Source: Candidatus Kapaibacterium sp.
GTDB taxonomy: Bacteria; Bacteroidota; Ignavibacteria; Kapaibacteriales; Kapaibacteriaceae
Length of the DNA: 41,849 bases
Assembly: GCA_030830285.1 (NCBI GenBank)
Contig: JAURNF010000138.1
Coordinates: 1 to 41,849, forward strand
Direction: 5' to 3'
The notes beneath the pieces were generated by a model that was not told the DNA's origin, ran no database searches, and worked only from the letters and a program-made list of their open reading frames with translations. Positions 9,252-19,666 of the stretch are shown one piece after another. The number at the start of each line of letters is the position of its first letter. Position 1 is the first letter of the stretch. Made by a program: the position numbers and the translations under genes.

Positions 9252-10315
9252 TAGGCGATTGTGACGTCCTTGCAGAGGTACACGTCTTGAATCGCATTAA
9301 GTAATGCCACGCCCTCGTTCATCGGACGTTGGAACGCCTTACGTCCGCTAATCAATCCCATACCACCGGCACGCTTGTTGATCACTGCCGTTGTGATTGC
9401 TTCGGCCATATCGTTGTTACCAGAAGGTCCGCCGCTGTTGATGAGTCCGACACGACCCATATAGCAGTTCGCAACTTGGTATCGACAGAGGTCAATTGGA
9501 TGGTCGGACGAGAGTTCAGTGTACATACGCTCATCGAGCTTGCCATAGCTTGAACTGCCCATGTTGAGGGACTTGAATCCACCGTTGTTCTCTGGCATCT
9601 TTTGCTTGATGATGTCTGCGCCAAGGGTCACACCAAGGTGATTAGCCTGGCCCGTTAGGTCGGCCGACACGTGATAGTCCTTGTCTGACTTAAACGCGTT
9701 GTTGCGGATGTAACACCAAAGGATTGTCGCCATGCCAAGTTCGTGAGCGCGAGCAAATGCTTGTGCGATCTCAACGATTTGACGTGAGCTTTCATTCGAG
9801 CCGAAGTAAATCGTAGCACCCACGGCGGCAGCACCCATATCAGCTGCTTGCTCGACTGTGCCGAACAGTATCTGATCGAACTTATTCGGATACGTGAGAA
9901 GCTCATTGTGGTTGATCTTCACCACAAACGGAATCTTGTGAGCATATGAACGTGCAACATTGCTCAGCACGCCAAATGTTGATGCCACTGCATTGCACCC
10001 ACCCTCGATTGCCAGTTCCACAATGTTCGCTGGGTCGAAGTAGGCAGGGTTCTTTGCGAATGACGCACCAGCGCTGTGCTCGATGCCTTGATCTACCGGA
10101 AGAATCGACACATATCCTGTGCCTGCAAGTCGACCAGTGTTGTTGATCCACTCCAGACTACGAAGGACGCGATTGTTCCGATCTGAACCGCCGAAGAGCG
10201 TATCAACGGATGTCGGCGACGGGACATGAATCATCGACGAAGGAATCGTCGTTGATGTGTGATTCAGATAGTAGGCGGCCTTATCGCCGAGAGCCTGCGT
10301 GATGCGATCGATCAT
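9251..10315 (-). CDS. fbaB: class I fructose-bisphosphate aldolase (FbaB/DhnA type)
   Basis: 354 aa with an FbaB-like N-terminus ([12 protein letters not shown]...[17 protein letters not shown]), [13 protein letters not shown] and FVVKINHNE. One-nt overlap (TAATG) with the ABC gene start. Confidence 0.8.
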   Translation of the reverse strand: MIDRITQALGDKAAYYLNHTSTTIPSSMIHVPSPTSVDTLFGGSDRNNRVLRSLEWINNTGRLAGTGYVSILPVDQGIEHSAGASFAKNPAYFDPANIVELAIEGGCNAVASTFGVLSNVARSYAHKIPFVVKINHNELLTYPNKFDQILFGTVEQAADMGAAAVGATIYFGSNESSRQIVEIAQAFARAHELGMATILWCYIRNNAFKSDKDYHVSADLTGQANHLGVTLGADIIKQKMPENNGGFKSLNMGSSSYGKLDERMYTELSSDHPIDLCRYQVANCYMGRVGLINSGGPSGNNDMAEAITTAVINKRAGGMGLISGRKAFQRPMNEGVALLNAIQDVYLCKDVTIA

Positions 10316-10340
10316 GACGGTATCGAGGAATGTGAATCCG

Positions 10341-10348
10341 CAAAGATA
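10341..10348 (-). promoter_or_regulatory. TAnnTTTG box (TATCTTTG on the minus strand), 25 nt upstream of the fbaB ATG
   Basis: Exact consensus match. It sits between the upstream terminator hairpin and the fbaB start, which is the expected terminator-promoter-gene order. Confidence 0.5.
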
Positions 10349-10381
10349 CGGGCTTCTTGGCGACCATTGCTCGAAATGACA

Positions 10382-10413
10382 AGCGGCGTGACACCTAATG
10401 GTGTCACGCCGCT
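10382..10413 (-). terminator. stem-loop terminator downstream of the giant vWA gene
   Basis: Perfect 14-bp GC-rich inverted repeat AGCGGCGTGACACC-TAAT-GGTGTCACGCCGCT, 33 nt past the stop at 10446. On the minus strand it is followed by TGTCATTTCG, so the U-tract is only short. Confidence 0.6.
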
Positions 10414-10445
10414 GGATGGATACGTATGCAAGGGAAGGGCAGGTA

Positions 10446-13400
10446 TTACTTCACGACCACGAACTGCGTGCTGGCGGTATACGGACCGCTCTGCATGCGG
10501 AGGAAGTAGACGCCCGATGCGAGCGACGATGTGTTCGCTTCGAAGATGTACGAGCCAGACGGAGCAACGGCACCTGTGGCCTCGATCACGACATTGCCCA
10601 TCGCATCGACGATCTGGAAGGTCGTCGCTACGGTGATACCTGTTGTGTACGCAACGACAAGTTCATCACGAACAGGGTTGTTGCGTGGGTTCATCAGACC
10701 GAATTGCTGACTACCGAAGCGGACGAGGCGTCCTTCCGTGAAGCACACGAACTTCATCGTGATTGTCGTTGCATCTCCCGACGTCACCAGACACGACAGC
10801 GGTGTTGTAACTATCATCGACATAGGAAGCGTTGAGTCTGCGTTCAGATACGTGTTGAACGTCGGCGTTACGAATGCGCCCTGCGTAAGAACACCCGTTA
10901 GCGACTGAGCGCGGATGACCACATTGCCCACACTAGGTGTTGATGTGAATGTCCAGCCAGCCATTTCTGGTTGTGCAAAGCCAGCGAACGACATTGCCTC
11001 AGGATCATGCGTGATCGTGATGTCGAACTGTGTTGGCAATGCGCCGGCAAATTCTCCAGCGTTGTACGCGACTGACACAGGTGTCGCTGTTACTTGTCCA
11101 GCTTGTGCCTGTGCAATTGTACCGTAGCGGAAGTTGACTGGCGTTGAGATACCCTTTCCAGTCATCGTTACGTTGAGCTTAAGGTTCTGATCGTTCGTGA
11201 ATGTGAACGTAGCAGTATAGTCCTGCACAGCCGTTGGACGGAACGTTACGATGATGGTCTTTGTAGCGCCCGGAGCTACGGTGAAGGCCGCCGTTTCACT
11301 GAGCGCGAATGCTGCAGCATCGCCTGTTCCTACCGGTGCCTGAACGTTGAGAGGGAACTGACTAGGATTGACGATGTCGAACGAATCGACACGTGTAGCG
11401 CATGTGAGCGTGTTTGCAAACGCAATAGGCGGGATGCCGGACTGATCCAGGCCAATGCCCTTTACCTCAACGCATGTTGACGCGAATGGTGGAACTGGGC
11501 CAGGGCCTGGCTTGCCATCATGCTCGATGCAGACGTTGATTGCATTGTTGCCTACGACTGCCGGAGTAAACGAAACGGTCAACTCGAGAGTGCCACCAGG
11601 AGCAATCGTTTGCGGGAATGTTGGCTTCGTGCCTGTCCATGCAAAGACTGTTGTTGCTGCCTGGAAATCAACCGCATTGATGGTGAGCGCTGCGTCCGTG
11701 TCTGTGTTGCGAAGCACAACCTTGCCCGCCTCTGGTGAGGTCGTGCTGATTGGCCAAGCCTTGAACGTATAGCCTGCTGGGTCCAGAACTGGCTGGAAGC
11801 CGACGCCGCGGATAAGGCCCACGAGCGGCGCGCTCTGACCCTGAACCGTTGCATTGACAGTGATGCTGTGAGCGCCACGAGTTTGAGGGGTGTACGTCAC
11901 AGGGATCTTGACTGAAGCGCCTGGGGCAAGAACTTGTGGCGCAGGCAATGTGATGCCGCTGAAGTTTACGTTTGTTGGATCGCTAATGCTGTAGCCGGTG
12001 ATCGACGCAGGATCGGTGTTGAGGTTGGTGATCGTGATGTTGCCGCTCACTGGAGTGAGAAGGCGAACACGACCGAAGTCGATGCTGTCAATCGCTACGC
12101 GAGGCTCGACAATTTCAACGGTGATTGTTGACACGGCGCTACCACAATCAGCTGCGAGACCGAAGTCAACGATACACGTTTTCAGGCCTGGCGACGCAGC
12201 AGCAATGTCGAGATCAAGGTTAAAACAGCCACCATTAGCTGCAAGCGAGAACGCTCCTTGATTGCGCACGGTGATGTCTGGATCTGGCTTCGTAACTGTC
12301 ACCTTGCCATTCAGCGCAAGCGGGCCAGTATTCTTCAGCACACATGTGACGGTTCGTGACGCAGGTTGTCCAAGGGGGACCTTGCCAAGCGCGACCGTCG
12401 ACTGGCTTTCCCAGACGCATGGAGCCAGACCAGTTCCCTCAAGAACCAATTGCGTGTTTGCATTGCAATTGCCAACGACCTCCAGAATCGCCGTGCGGAG
12501 GCCAGTTCCCTTTGGCTCGAACGCGAGCTCAAGCGACAGTGTGCGACCAGTGTCGAGACGGATCGGGAACACTGTAGGGGAGATGACGCGGAAGTCCGCA
12601 GCATTTGCTCCAGCGATGGTAATGCGCTGAATCGTAACAGGGAACGACCCGCGATTTCGCACAATGGATGTGAGAGATACCGGATCTGATTGCCCTTGCG
12701 GGGTGCTCTTAAAGACGACTTTTGGCTGAGCGACGGTCAACTGCGGAGCAAGGACTGAGAAGTTTGTTTTCGATACGTCGTTCGATGCAGGCGATGCACC
12801 GTTCTTGTTCACGAAGACGTCCGTGAGTCCGTTGTTCGGGAGTGTGATAGGCGGAGGTGTGAACGACTTCGGTCCCGTATACGAATCTGTCGCGTAGGTG
12901 AAGTTGAGAGCATCCTTAACCGTCTTTGCCTTGTACACAAGTCCACCAGCTGTAGGAGCTGCGGCGTTTGCCGTCAGGCGTGGATAACCACCGGCATCAT
13001 AGATCACATAGTAGTTTCTCCACGTGGTTGCAGCGGTGCCAGTGTACGGACCGTTGCGCTCGATTGTGCCACCACGGCTGATGCCAACCTCGATGTACTT
13101 CTGGAAACGACCTACGACGATGATTTCTGGATTGCCAGATGCGTCATAGCGGATGCCAATGTCAGAACAGTCAGCAATCGAGCTCGAAGTGCTTGAACCC
13201 TTGCTAATGTTTGACCACTGAAGCGAACCGTCTGGAGCAAACTTGTAGACGAACATGTTTCGCGTGTCGAGTGGTCCAGGTGAGAGTGGGAACCCACCAA
13301 ACGATGCTGCCTGACTCGAGAAGTATCCCGCGACATAGACGTTGCCGTCCTTGTCCGTGACTGCTCCGATCACGCGCTCGTCGTTTGATGCACTACCCGT

Positions 13401-15188
13401 GAGAAGCATCGTATTCGTGATGTTTCCATCAGAGTCGAACTCTGTGCAGTACCCGTCAATGTTGCCAGATTGATTGTTGACGGTAGTCGAGCCAAACTTG
13501 GCTGGACCATCGAAGTATCCAGTGGCGAACACCTTGAGTCCGTTCGGCGTAACAGCAACCGAAGTTGCTGTCTCTGCGCCAGCTCCACCCAGCTGCTTTG
13601 CCCACACGTACTGTGCGATTGGCGACACGCTGACGCGCACACGATAATTGACGCCAGCTGCTGGAGGAAGCCACTTATAGACAAGACCTGTCGCCGTGTT
13701 GGTGATGTTTGTCCAGTTCGTCCCACCGTTGGTCGAGTACTCAATGGCAACCTGTTGTGTTGGCAGCACACCGGCCCACTTGATTGTAACCGTGTCGCAG
13801 GTCGAGAACAGTTCTCCACCGACAGGGGATTGCAGAAGAATAACACCTGTGCCACCGACCAATGTCACGCTTGGCGGACATGGTGTGCCGGAGAATGCTA
13901 GTTGAGCCTGGCGGAACGACTGCATGTTGCCTTGGGTGAACTCAACGCGAATCACGCGCTTGCCATTTGGGGCAAGGTTGAACGGTGCGAATGTTGCCTG
14001 ATTGAGAGGGAAGTTCCAGTCGACTACCTTGAAGTATGTCGCCGGTGATGGCTGTGGCGCTGTCGTTACCGAGAACGGTGCGTTCAGCGCTGTCAGTGTA
14101 AAGTTCGCGTACGACTTTCCATTCGGAGCTGGATCGCCACAGAAGAGGATTGGATCACTGACTTCAACCTTTGCAAGAGCGGATGCAGGCGCTTGGTAGG
14201 GAATCGTTGCACTTGGATTTGTTCCACGCTTCATTGTGATGCGTGCAGTGCGGCTAAGTGCCTGCTCAGCGCATGCGTACGGCGATGTCCACGTGATTTG
14301 ACATGTCTTTGTGACCTGCGTCTCAAGCGCAAGCAGCGAGAGAATATCGAGCAGACGAGCTTCGTTGGTGAGGATCGACTTTCCACCGGTAGCGCGAGCA
14401 AGTGCATCGAGAGTCCAGTGTGTAGCATCGAGGTTGATCGTGATGGCAAAGAATCGAATGCCTTGCGCCTGCATGAGCTGCGTGTTGTCGTTCACAAACT
14501 TGGTTTCGTTTGGAATGCCAGGATTTGGGGTTCCGTCTGTCAGGAAGAAGACAAACTTTGGAATGCTCGCAGGACGTCGCTTGAAGAGTTCGTAAATGTT
14601 GTTGCCAGGTGCTTCAAACGGGAGTGCATAGTTCGTCACAGTCTGGATCTTAAGATCCTTGAGCGAGTCAAGAATTGGCTGCTTGTTGTTTACCCATTCG
14701 TTGATCACCTCATACGTGCCAGCGAACGAGACCAGCGAAACGCGTGTTTCGCCAACGAACTTCAGCTGGTTCACAAAGGCGCGAACAGCGTCTTTGACAA
14801 TGTCCCACCGCTGACGATTCGCACCAGGAATGACGTCGCGCATCGAGTTTGATCGGTCAAGGATGAAGATGATGCTCGCTTCAGGATCCTTGTTCTGGTC
14901 CACACATGAGTGCTTGATCGTCGCAGTGAGATCTTGTGGGCCCAGACCCTGAGGCGTTTCAACAACAGAAAAGTCCTTCTCTGTGAGATCCGTTATAGGG
15001 TTGCCTGCGGCATCCAGTGCGACATAGTCAGCGACGATCTTTGGGAATGCGGTGGCATTGATCCCATAAATGTTGATCGTCTGTGCCTGCATCACTACTG
15101 CTGCACACATCGTTGCGAGAACGAGGAATAAACGCATGCTCTTCGAGTGCATGGTGGTTCCGTGAGATAGGAAGAAAAAGTTTTTCAT
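10446..15188 (-). CDS. giant secreted surface protein: vWA (MIDAS) + SBBP beta-propeller repeats + Ig-like ASH/choice-of-anchor-D modules + cohesin-like module + T9SS C-terminal sorting domain
   Basis: Signal peptide (...[19 protein letters not shown]). vWA region approx. 14319-14876 ([29 protein letters not shown]). SBBP-like repeats ([32 protein letters not shown]). Repeated approx. 100-aa modules of the type [28 protein letters not shown]...[20 protein letters not shown]. Cohesin-like block approx. 10800-11138. Sorting domain approx. 10449-10703, ending [25 protein letters not shown] 15188 has AGGAG 9 nt upstream and overlaps the upstream stop (ATGA). Internal ATGs at 15152 and 15137 are alternative starts. 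Confidence 0.85.
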   Translation of the reverse strand: MKNFFFLSHGTTMHSKSMRLFLVLATMCAAVVMQAQTINIYGINATAFPKIVADYVALDAAGNPITDLTEKDFSVVETPQGLGPQDLTATIKHSCVDQNKDPEASIIFILDRSNSMRDVIPGANRQRWDIVKDAVRAFVNQLKFVGETRVSLVSFAGTYEVINEWVNNKQPILDSLKDLKIQTVTNYALPFEAPGNNIYELFKRRPASIPKFVFFLTDGTPNPGIPNETKFVNDNTQLMQAQGIRFFAITINLDATHWTLDALARATGGKSILTNEARLLDILSLLALETQVTKTCQITWTSPYACAEQALSRTARITMKRGTNPSATIPYQAPASALAKVEVSDPILFCGDPAPNGKSYANFTLTALNAPFSVTTAPQPSPATYFKVVDWNFPLNQATFAPFNLAPNGKRVIRVEFTQGNMQSFRQAQLAFSGTPCPPSVTLVGGTGVILLQSPVGGELFSTCDTVTIKWAGVLPTQQVAIEYSTNGGTNWTNITNTATGLVYKWLPPAAGVNYRVRVSVSPIAQYVWAKQLGGAGAETATSVAVTPNGLKVFATGYFDGPAKFGSTTVNNQSGNIDGYCTEFDSDGNITNTMLLTGSASNDERVIGAVTDKDGNVYVAGYFSSQAASFGGFPLSPGPLDTRNMFVYKFAPDGSLQWSNISKGSSTSSSIADCSDIGIRYDASGNPEIIVVGRFQKYIEVGISRGGTIERNGPYTGTAATTWRNYYVIYDAGGYPRLTANAAAPTAGGLVYKAKTVKDALNFTYATDSYTGPKSFTPPPITLPNNGLTDVFVNKNGASPASNDVSKTNFSVLAPQLTVAQPKVVFKSTPQGQSDPVSLTSIVRNRGSFPVTIQRITIAGANAADFRVISPTVFPIRLDTGRTLSLELAFEPKGTGLRTAILEVVGNCNANTQLVLEGTGLAPCVWESQSTVALGKVPLGQPASRTVTCVLKNTGPLALNGKVTVTKPDPDITVRNQGAFSLAANGGCFNLDLDIAAASPGLKTCIVDFGLAADCGSAVSTITVEIVEPRVAIDSIDFGRVRLLTPVSGNITITNLNTDPASITGYSISDPTNVNFSGITLPAPQVLAPGASVKIPVTYTPQTRGAHSITVNATVQGQSAPLVGLIRGVGFQPVLDPAGYTFKAWPISTTSPEAGKVVLRNTDTDAALTINAVDFQAATTVFAWTGTKPTFPQTIAPGGTLELTVSFTPAVVGNNAINVCIEHDGKPGPGPVPPFASTCVEVKGIGLDQSGIPPIAFANTLTCATRVDSFDIVNPSQFPLNVQAPVGTGDAAAFALSETAAFTVAPGATKTIIVTFRPTAVQDYTATFTFTNDQNLKLNVTMTGKGISTPVNFRYGTIAQAQAGQVTATPVSVAYNAGEFAGALPTQFDITITHDPEAMSFAGFAQPEMAGWTFTSTPSVGNVVIRAQSLTGVLTQGAFVTPTFNTYLNADSTLPMSMIVTTPLSCLVTSGDATTITMKFVCFTEGRLVRFGSQQFGLMNPRNNPVRDELVVAYTTGITVATTFQIVDAMGNVVIEATGAVAPSGSYIFEANTSSLASGVYFLRMQSGPYTASTQFVVVK

Positions 15189-16231
15189 CGTTTGGAGCTC
15201 CTCTCCCCGGTGGCGGGCTCGAGAAGCGTGAGCTGTTTCTTGGTCGCATCGAGCTCTGCACGAATGCCGAGAGGCAACGTGAGCTTGCTCTTGACATGAC
15301 CAAATGGAAGACCGTATACAGCGGGGATGCCTAATGGCGCGATGCGCTCATGAAACACCTGCTCAAGTGTGAACGACGGTCCTGTAATAGAGATTCCCTT
15401 TGACTCGCAATTGCGGAAGTTCCCGAATGCGATGCCCTTACATGTCTGAAGTTTGCCGGCCAACCAGAGCTGTGTGAGCATCCGATCAATTCGGTACGGC
15501 TCCTCGTTGATCTCTTCGAGGAACAGAATGGCATCCCGCGTGTCGATTTCGTAGCGGGTTCCAAGCGTGCTGACCACCATTGCGAGGTTGCCACCCGTTA
15601 GGCGACCCTGAGCTATGCCCGGTTGGATCGTTGTCAGACGTTGGTCTTGAAATACCTGTGTGGGTTGTGTTCGCAGCACGACGGATTTCAACGATTGAAT
15701 CGTGAAGGAGTCAAAGCTGCTCGACGCAACAGGGCCATGAAATGTGACAAGTCCGCTCATCTGATTAACAGCAACCAAGAGGGCGGTGATGTCGCTAAAG
15801 CCCATGATAACCTTGCTGGCCTGGCGAATCGCCGAGAAGTCCAGCAGGGGAAGGATCCGCATCACACCGTATCCGCCACGGGCGCAGACGACGGCATCGA
15901 TTGAAGGATCCTCGATGCACTCCATGAACTCTGCAGCGCGATGCTCATCCGAGGCCGACAGGTAGCCCGACCGGCGAGAGATGTTGCGTCCGAGTTTGGT
16001 TTTGATGCCCCATGATGAGCAAAGCTCCATGAAGTCGCGCACTTCAGACGAAAACGCAGCACTCGCAGGGGCAACGATACCAATCGTTGAACCGGGCCCG
16101 ATTCCCTTCGGCAGAATGCGACTTCGCTGCGCTACCGAACCAGTGTCGGTATCGCTGGTGCCGCCGGCGCTTAGTACATGCTGTACTGCCGGGACGGTCG
16201 CAAGTGTCTGAAGAAATCGGCGTCGTAACAT
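15185..16231 (-). CDS. LD-carboxypeptidase (peptidase S66, muramoyl-tetrapeptide carboxypeptidase family) with a twin-arginine signal
   Basis: S66 catalytic blocks GFSDITALL (Ser), LFLEEINEEPYRIDRML (Glu) and YGLPFGHV (His). The N-terminus MLRRRFLQTLATVPAV looks like a Tat signal. The tracked start at 16261 is a GTG extension; ATG 16231 is preferred. Confidence 0.8.
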   Translation of the reverse strand: MLRRRFLQTLATVPAVQHVLSAGGTSDTDTGSVAQRSRILPKGIGPGSTIGIVAPASAAFSSEVRDFMELCSSWGIKTKLGRNISRRSGYLSASDEHRAAEFMECIEDPSIDAVVCARGGYGVMRILPLLDFSAIRQASKVIMGFSDITALLVAVNQMSGLVTFHGPVASSSFDSFTIQSLKSVVLRTQPTQVFQDQRLTTIQPGIAQGRLTGGNLAMVVSTLGTRYEIDTRDAILFLEEINEEPYRIDRMLTQLWLAGKLQTCKGIAFGNFRNCESKGISITGPSFTLEQVFHERIAPLGIPAVYGLPFGHVKSKLTLPLGIRAELDATKKQLTLLEPATGERSSKR

Positions 16232-16274
16232 GGTCGTTTGGGTATAGTCCACCCCCACCACGGAGTATGGCCAT

Positions 16275-16282
16275 CAAAGGTA
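16275..16282 (-). promoter_or_regulatory. TAnnTTTG box (TACCTTTG on the minus strand), 43 nt upstream of ATG 16231
   Basis: Exact consensus match. The 12-mer GTCGTACCTTTG is identical to the one at the hflX box (28938-28949). Confidence 0.45.
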
Positions 16283-16382
16283 CGACTTTCTCCGTATTGC
16301 TCAGCAGGATTGCGGTGGTGTCTATTTCAATAACCCGTCCAGTTCTATAGTGTTACATCGATTCAGCGTATATTGCAGGCTC

Positions 16383-16469
16383 GGAAAGGTGCAAGAGTGG
16401 TTGAATTGGCACGCCTGGAAAGCGTGTGTACCGGTAACGGTACCGCGGGTTCGAATCCCGCCCTTTCCG
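16383..16469 (+). tRNA. tRNA-Ser (anticodon GGA)
   Basis: Acceptor stem GGAAAGG/CCTTTCC. Anticodon stem CACGC/GCGTG with loop CTGGAAA. Long variable arm TGTACCGGTAACGGTAC. T-arm GCGGGTTCGAATCCCGC. Discriminator G. No encoded CCA. Confidence 0.9.
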
Positions 16470-16515
16470 CAACACGACTTAACGGGGCGCGTTGCGCCGG
16501 CAGGATGAACGTTGT

Positions 16516-17154
16516 ATGACCGATACTCCGCAGCAGGCGGCTGAGTCGTCCGCAGAGGACGAAGCAGCGATTCGAGAGGTCCTTGCGGGGGATACGAATG
16601 CCTTTGCACGACTCGAACGCAAGTATCGGCGCATTGTAACGTTTCTCGTCAGGAAGATGGTGTCCCAGCAGGACGATGTCGAGGACTTAGTGCAAGACAC
16701 CTTCGTGAAGGCATACCAGGCATTGCCGAGCTTTCAGTTCGAGTACCCATTTTCACGGTGGCTGTACAAGATCGCGTCAAACCGCTGCATTGACTATCTG
16801 CGCCGCAGACGGTTCGCAATGGTGTCCCTTGATCAGCCGGTAACAAGCCGTGAGGGGTCTGACTACGTCTGGGAGCCTCGTGACTCAGGGCCAACTCCTG
16901 AGGCGGTTGTGCTGTCACAAGAACGGGCTGATATGATTCGGGACGCACTTGCCGCGATGCCTGCCAAGTATCAGGAAGTGATCCGAATGCGGCACGATGA
17001 GGAGCTGGAGTACCAAGAGATTGCCGATAAACTCGGTCAGCCACTTGGCACTGTGAAGGCAAACCTGTTCCGCGCTCGCAAGAGGTTGGTTGTGCTTCTT
17101 AAGCGGCATGGTCGACATTTTGAAGAATACATGGCTGATGAGGAGGGCGAATGA
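16516..17154 (+). CDS. ECF-type RNA polymerase sigma-70 family factor
   Basis: Region 2: DLVQDTFVKAYQALPSF...FSRWLYKIASNRCIDYLRRRR. Region 4: YQEVIRMRHDEELEYQEIADKLGQPLGTVKANLFRARKRL. Start taken at the ATG for MTDTPQQ; the tracked 16492 start is an extension. Confidence 0.85.
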   Translation: MTDTPQQAAESSAEDEAAIREVLAGDTNAFARLERKYRRIVTFLVRKMVSQQDDVEDLVQDTFVKAYQALPSFQFEYPFSRWLYKIASNRCIDYLRRRRFAMVSLDQPVTSREGSDYVWEPRDSGPTPEAVVLSQERADMIRDALAAMPAKYQEVIRMRHDEELEYQEIADKLGQPLGTVKANLFRARKRLVVLLKRHGRHFEEYMADEEGE

Positions 17155-17588
17155 CAGACGAACGCAAGCCTCTGTGGCCATGGATCGTGATGATAACACT
17201 CGGCGTTGTCGTGATTGTTGCCATTGCTTCACTCGTCTGGCGGTTTGTGAATCCGCCGGTGAGCCCCCTGGCAAATGAAGAGGACCCTCGCAGTGTGATC
17301 CAAGTTGAGGTTGTCAACGCCTCCGGGAGGTCGGGTGCGGGTCGACAAGTGATGGAGTTTCTTCGACAACGTGGATTTGATGTAGTGGAGATCGGGAACG
17401 ACACTGCGCGTCCTCGTCGCTCAAGCGTCATTGATCGCGTAGGGGATCGCACCTCAGCGCGAAAGGTCGCACAGAGTCTCGGCATTGCTGATTCGCTCAT
17501 CACCACAGATCTTGATTCTATGCGGTTTCTTCAGTCGTCGATCATTATCGGCGCTGATCTTGATAATCTTGAACCATTTGCAGAATGA
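17151..17588 (+). CDS. single-pass membrane protein with an extracytoplasmic LytR_C domain
   Basis: ATGA overlap with the sigma gene stop. TM helix WPWIVMITLGVVVIVAIASLVW follows only about 8 cytoplasmic residues. LytR_C-like block IQVEVVNASGRSGAGRQVMEFLRQRGFDVVEIGN...SSVIDRVGDRTSARKVAQSLG. Confidence 0.7.
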   Translation: MTDERKPLWPWIVMITLGVVVIVAIASLVWRFVNPPVSPLANEEDPRSVIQVEVVNASGRSGAGRQVMEFLRQRGFDVVEIGNDTARPRRSSVIDRVGDRTSARKVAQSLGIADSLITTDLDSMRFLQSSIIIGADLDNLEPFAE

Positions 17589-17606
17589 TGAATAAAGGAC
17601 GTTTCA

Positions 17607-18023
17607 TTGGCAACTTCTAAACCACGCACCGTAAAGGGGCGAGCGGTCCTCTGCGCTCGTATTGCGCAAGAGAAGCTCGCGCACGACATCCTCGCGCTCG
17701 ACCTTAGCGACATTGAAGCGGCTCCGGCCGAATACTTTGTGATCGCGTCGGTCGACTCCGACGCGCAACTTCGAGCTACAGCTGACGCGATCGAGGATGC
17801 GATGCGGTCCTTGGGTCTGGGCTCGCCACGCTCCGAGGGACGTGGCACATCGACGTGGGTGATCTTGGATTACTTCGACATCGTCGTGCACCTGATGCTC
17901 AGCACGACACGTGAGTTCTATAAGCTTGAACGCCTATGGGGCGATGCGAAGGCATACACGCTCACGGAAAAGGGCACGGCAAAGGCAACAACGATCTCGA
18001 CAAAACGGACAGTAGAACCATGA
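17607..18023 (+). CDS. rsfS: ribosome silencing factor RsfS
   Basis: ILALDLSDIEAAPAEYFVIASVDSDAQLRATADAIED...WVILDYFDIVVHLM...REFYKLERLWGDA matches RsfS/Iojap hallmarks. The apparent start is TTG, with AAGGA 8 nt upstream; no in-frame ATG is nearby. Confidence 0.85.
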   Translation: MATSKPRTVKGRAVLCARIAQEKLAHDILALDLSDIEAAPAEYFVIASVDSDAQLRATADAIEDAMRSLGLGSPRSEGRGTSTWVILDYFDIVVHLMLSTTREFYKLERLWGDAKAYTLTEKGTAKATTISTKRTVEP

Positions 18024-19666
18024 TGATGCAGAAGTATATCGCGCCATATCTCGATGCTGCTCTCGCGCGTGTCGGTGTGGAGCTGAGTGGTGAAGTTGCA
18101 TTCGGCGTTCCACGTCAAGAGGGCCATGGCCATCTCTCGACGAACGTCGCGATGATGTATGCCAAGGGGCTCGGCAAGCAGCCACGTGTGTTTGCTCAGG
18201 AATTGGTAGACGCACTGGGAACGGTGCCGATGGTTTCTGCCATCGAGATTGCTGGACCAGGATTCATCAACATTACCTTCGACAACAGTGTCTATCATGC
18301 AATGCTGCGTGATATGGATGCGATGGGTGATTCGATTGGTCGATCCACTGTTGGTTCTGGCAAGTCGGTCAATGTCGAATACGTGAGCGCAAACCCAACG
18401 GGTCCGTTGCACGCTGGACACGGACGGAATTGTGCCGTTGGCGATACGATCGCGAATCTCTTTGCGTGGAACGGGTATGCCGTAACACGTGAATACTACT
18501 TCAACAATGCGGGCAACCAGATGTCGAAGCTCGCCGAGAGCATCTATGCTCGCGTGCAGCATCGTCTCGGCGCATCCGACTATCCATTCCCAGAGGATGG
18601 ATATCACGGCGAATACATTCATGAAATCGCGGACAACATTGTTGCACAGCATCGTTCAAACGTTGAGGGTGCTGCCGAAGATGAAGCACGAGCCTTCTGT
18701 AAGAAGCAGGGGGAACTTTGGTGTTTCGGCTCGATCAAGCGCACGTTGTCTGCATTGAACATTCATCATGATGAGTACTTCAACGAGGACTCGTTGTATC
18801 ATGATGGGAAGGTCACAGCGACGATCGCAGACCTCCGTGAACGCGGTCTGGTATACGAGCAAGACGGTGCAACGTGGTTCGCACTCACGCAGCTCGGCCA
18901 ACAGCAAGACAAGGTGATTGTGAAGTCGACGGGAGAACCAACCTATCGTCTGCCAGACATTGCATACCACCGTGATAAGCTTCAGCGTGGATTCGATATT
19001 GTTGTCGACATCTTCGGTGCAGACCATATCGCGACAATTGCAGACGTGCTCGCTGGTGTCCGTGCACTCGGATATGATACTGATAACGTGAAGACGGTGA
19101 TTCACCAGATGGTGACGTTTGTCGAGAATGGTGAAATCGTCAAGTTCTCGAAGCGCAGCGGAAAGTCATTCACGCTTGATGAGCTCATCGATGAAGTTGG
19201 AGCTGATGTTGTTCGGTTCTTCTTCGTGATGCGAGCTGTTGGCACCCATCTTGAATTCGATCTCGGACTGGCGAAAGAGGAGGGTGACAAGAACCCTGTG
19301 TTCTATCTGCAGTATGCACACGCTCGTATTTGTTCGATCCTTCGCAAGGCAGCAGAACGCGACCTCCGCGTCAGTCATGACGCAGACCTGTCGGTGCTTA
19401 CGCATCCGCGTGAGATCGAACTGATTGGCCTGATCTCTCGCATGCAGTCGTCGATCGAGCGAGCCTGCGAGAACCTCGAACCACATACGGTGGCTGAATA
19501 CCTTCGTGATGTTGCGGCAGCGTACCACAACTTCTATCACGACTGTCGGATCCTCGGATCGGAACCACATCTGGAGGCAGCTCGCTTAGTCCTCGCCGAT
19601 GTCACTCGTCGTGCGATGCGGAACGGTCTGCTCTTGTTGGGTGTTGGAACGCCGGAATCTATGTAA
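18020..19666 (+). CDS. argS: arginine--tRNA ligase
   Basis: Class I HIGH region SANPTGPLHAGHGRN. Arg-tRNA synthetase anticodon-binding C-terminus (EPHTVAEYLRDVAAAYHNFYH...). Start at MMMQKY overlaps the rsfS stop (ATGA). The tracked 17936 start is an extension. Confidence 0.95.
   Translation: MMMQKYIAPYLDAALARVGVELSGEVAFGVPRQEGHGHLSTNVAMMYAKGLGKQPRVFAQELVDALGTVPMVSAIEIAGPGFINITFDNSVYHAMLRDMDAMGDSIGRSTVGSGKSVNVEYVSANPTGPLHAGHGRNCAVGDTIANLFAWNGYAVTREYYFNNAGNQMSKLAESIYARVQHRLGASDYPFPEDGYHGEYIHEIADNIVAQHRSNVEGAAEDEARAFCKKQGELWCFGSIKRTLSALNIHHDEYFNEDSLYHDGKVTATIADLRERGLVYEQDGATWFALTQLGQQQDKVIVKSTGEPTYRLPDIAYHRDKLQRGFDIVVDIFGADHIATIADVLAGVRALGYDTDNVKTVIHQMVTFVENGEIVKFSKRSGKSFTLDELIDEVGADVVRFFFVMRAVGTHLEFDLGLAKEEGDKNPVFYLQYAHARICSILRKAAERDLRVSHDADLSVLTHPREIELIGLISRMQSSIERACENLEPHTVAEYLRDVAAAYHNFYHDCRILGSEPHLEAARLVLADVTRRAMRNGLLLLGVGTPESM

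Noticed and set aside
10382-16469. Idea that tRNA-Ser marks a genomic island carrying the peptidase and the giant vWA gene.
   Set aside because: No integrase, no transposase, and no direct repeat of the tRNA 3' end that I could spot. Composition looks like the surrounding genes. A whole-genome repeat search was not possible here.
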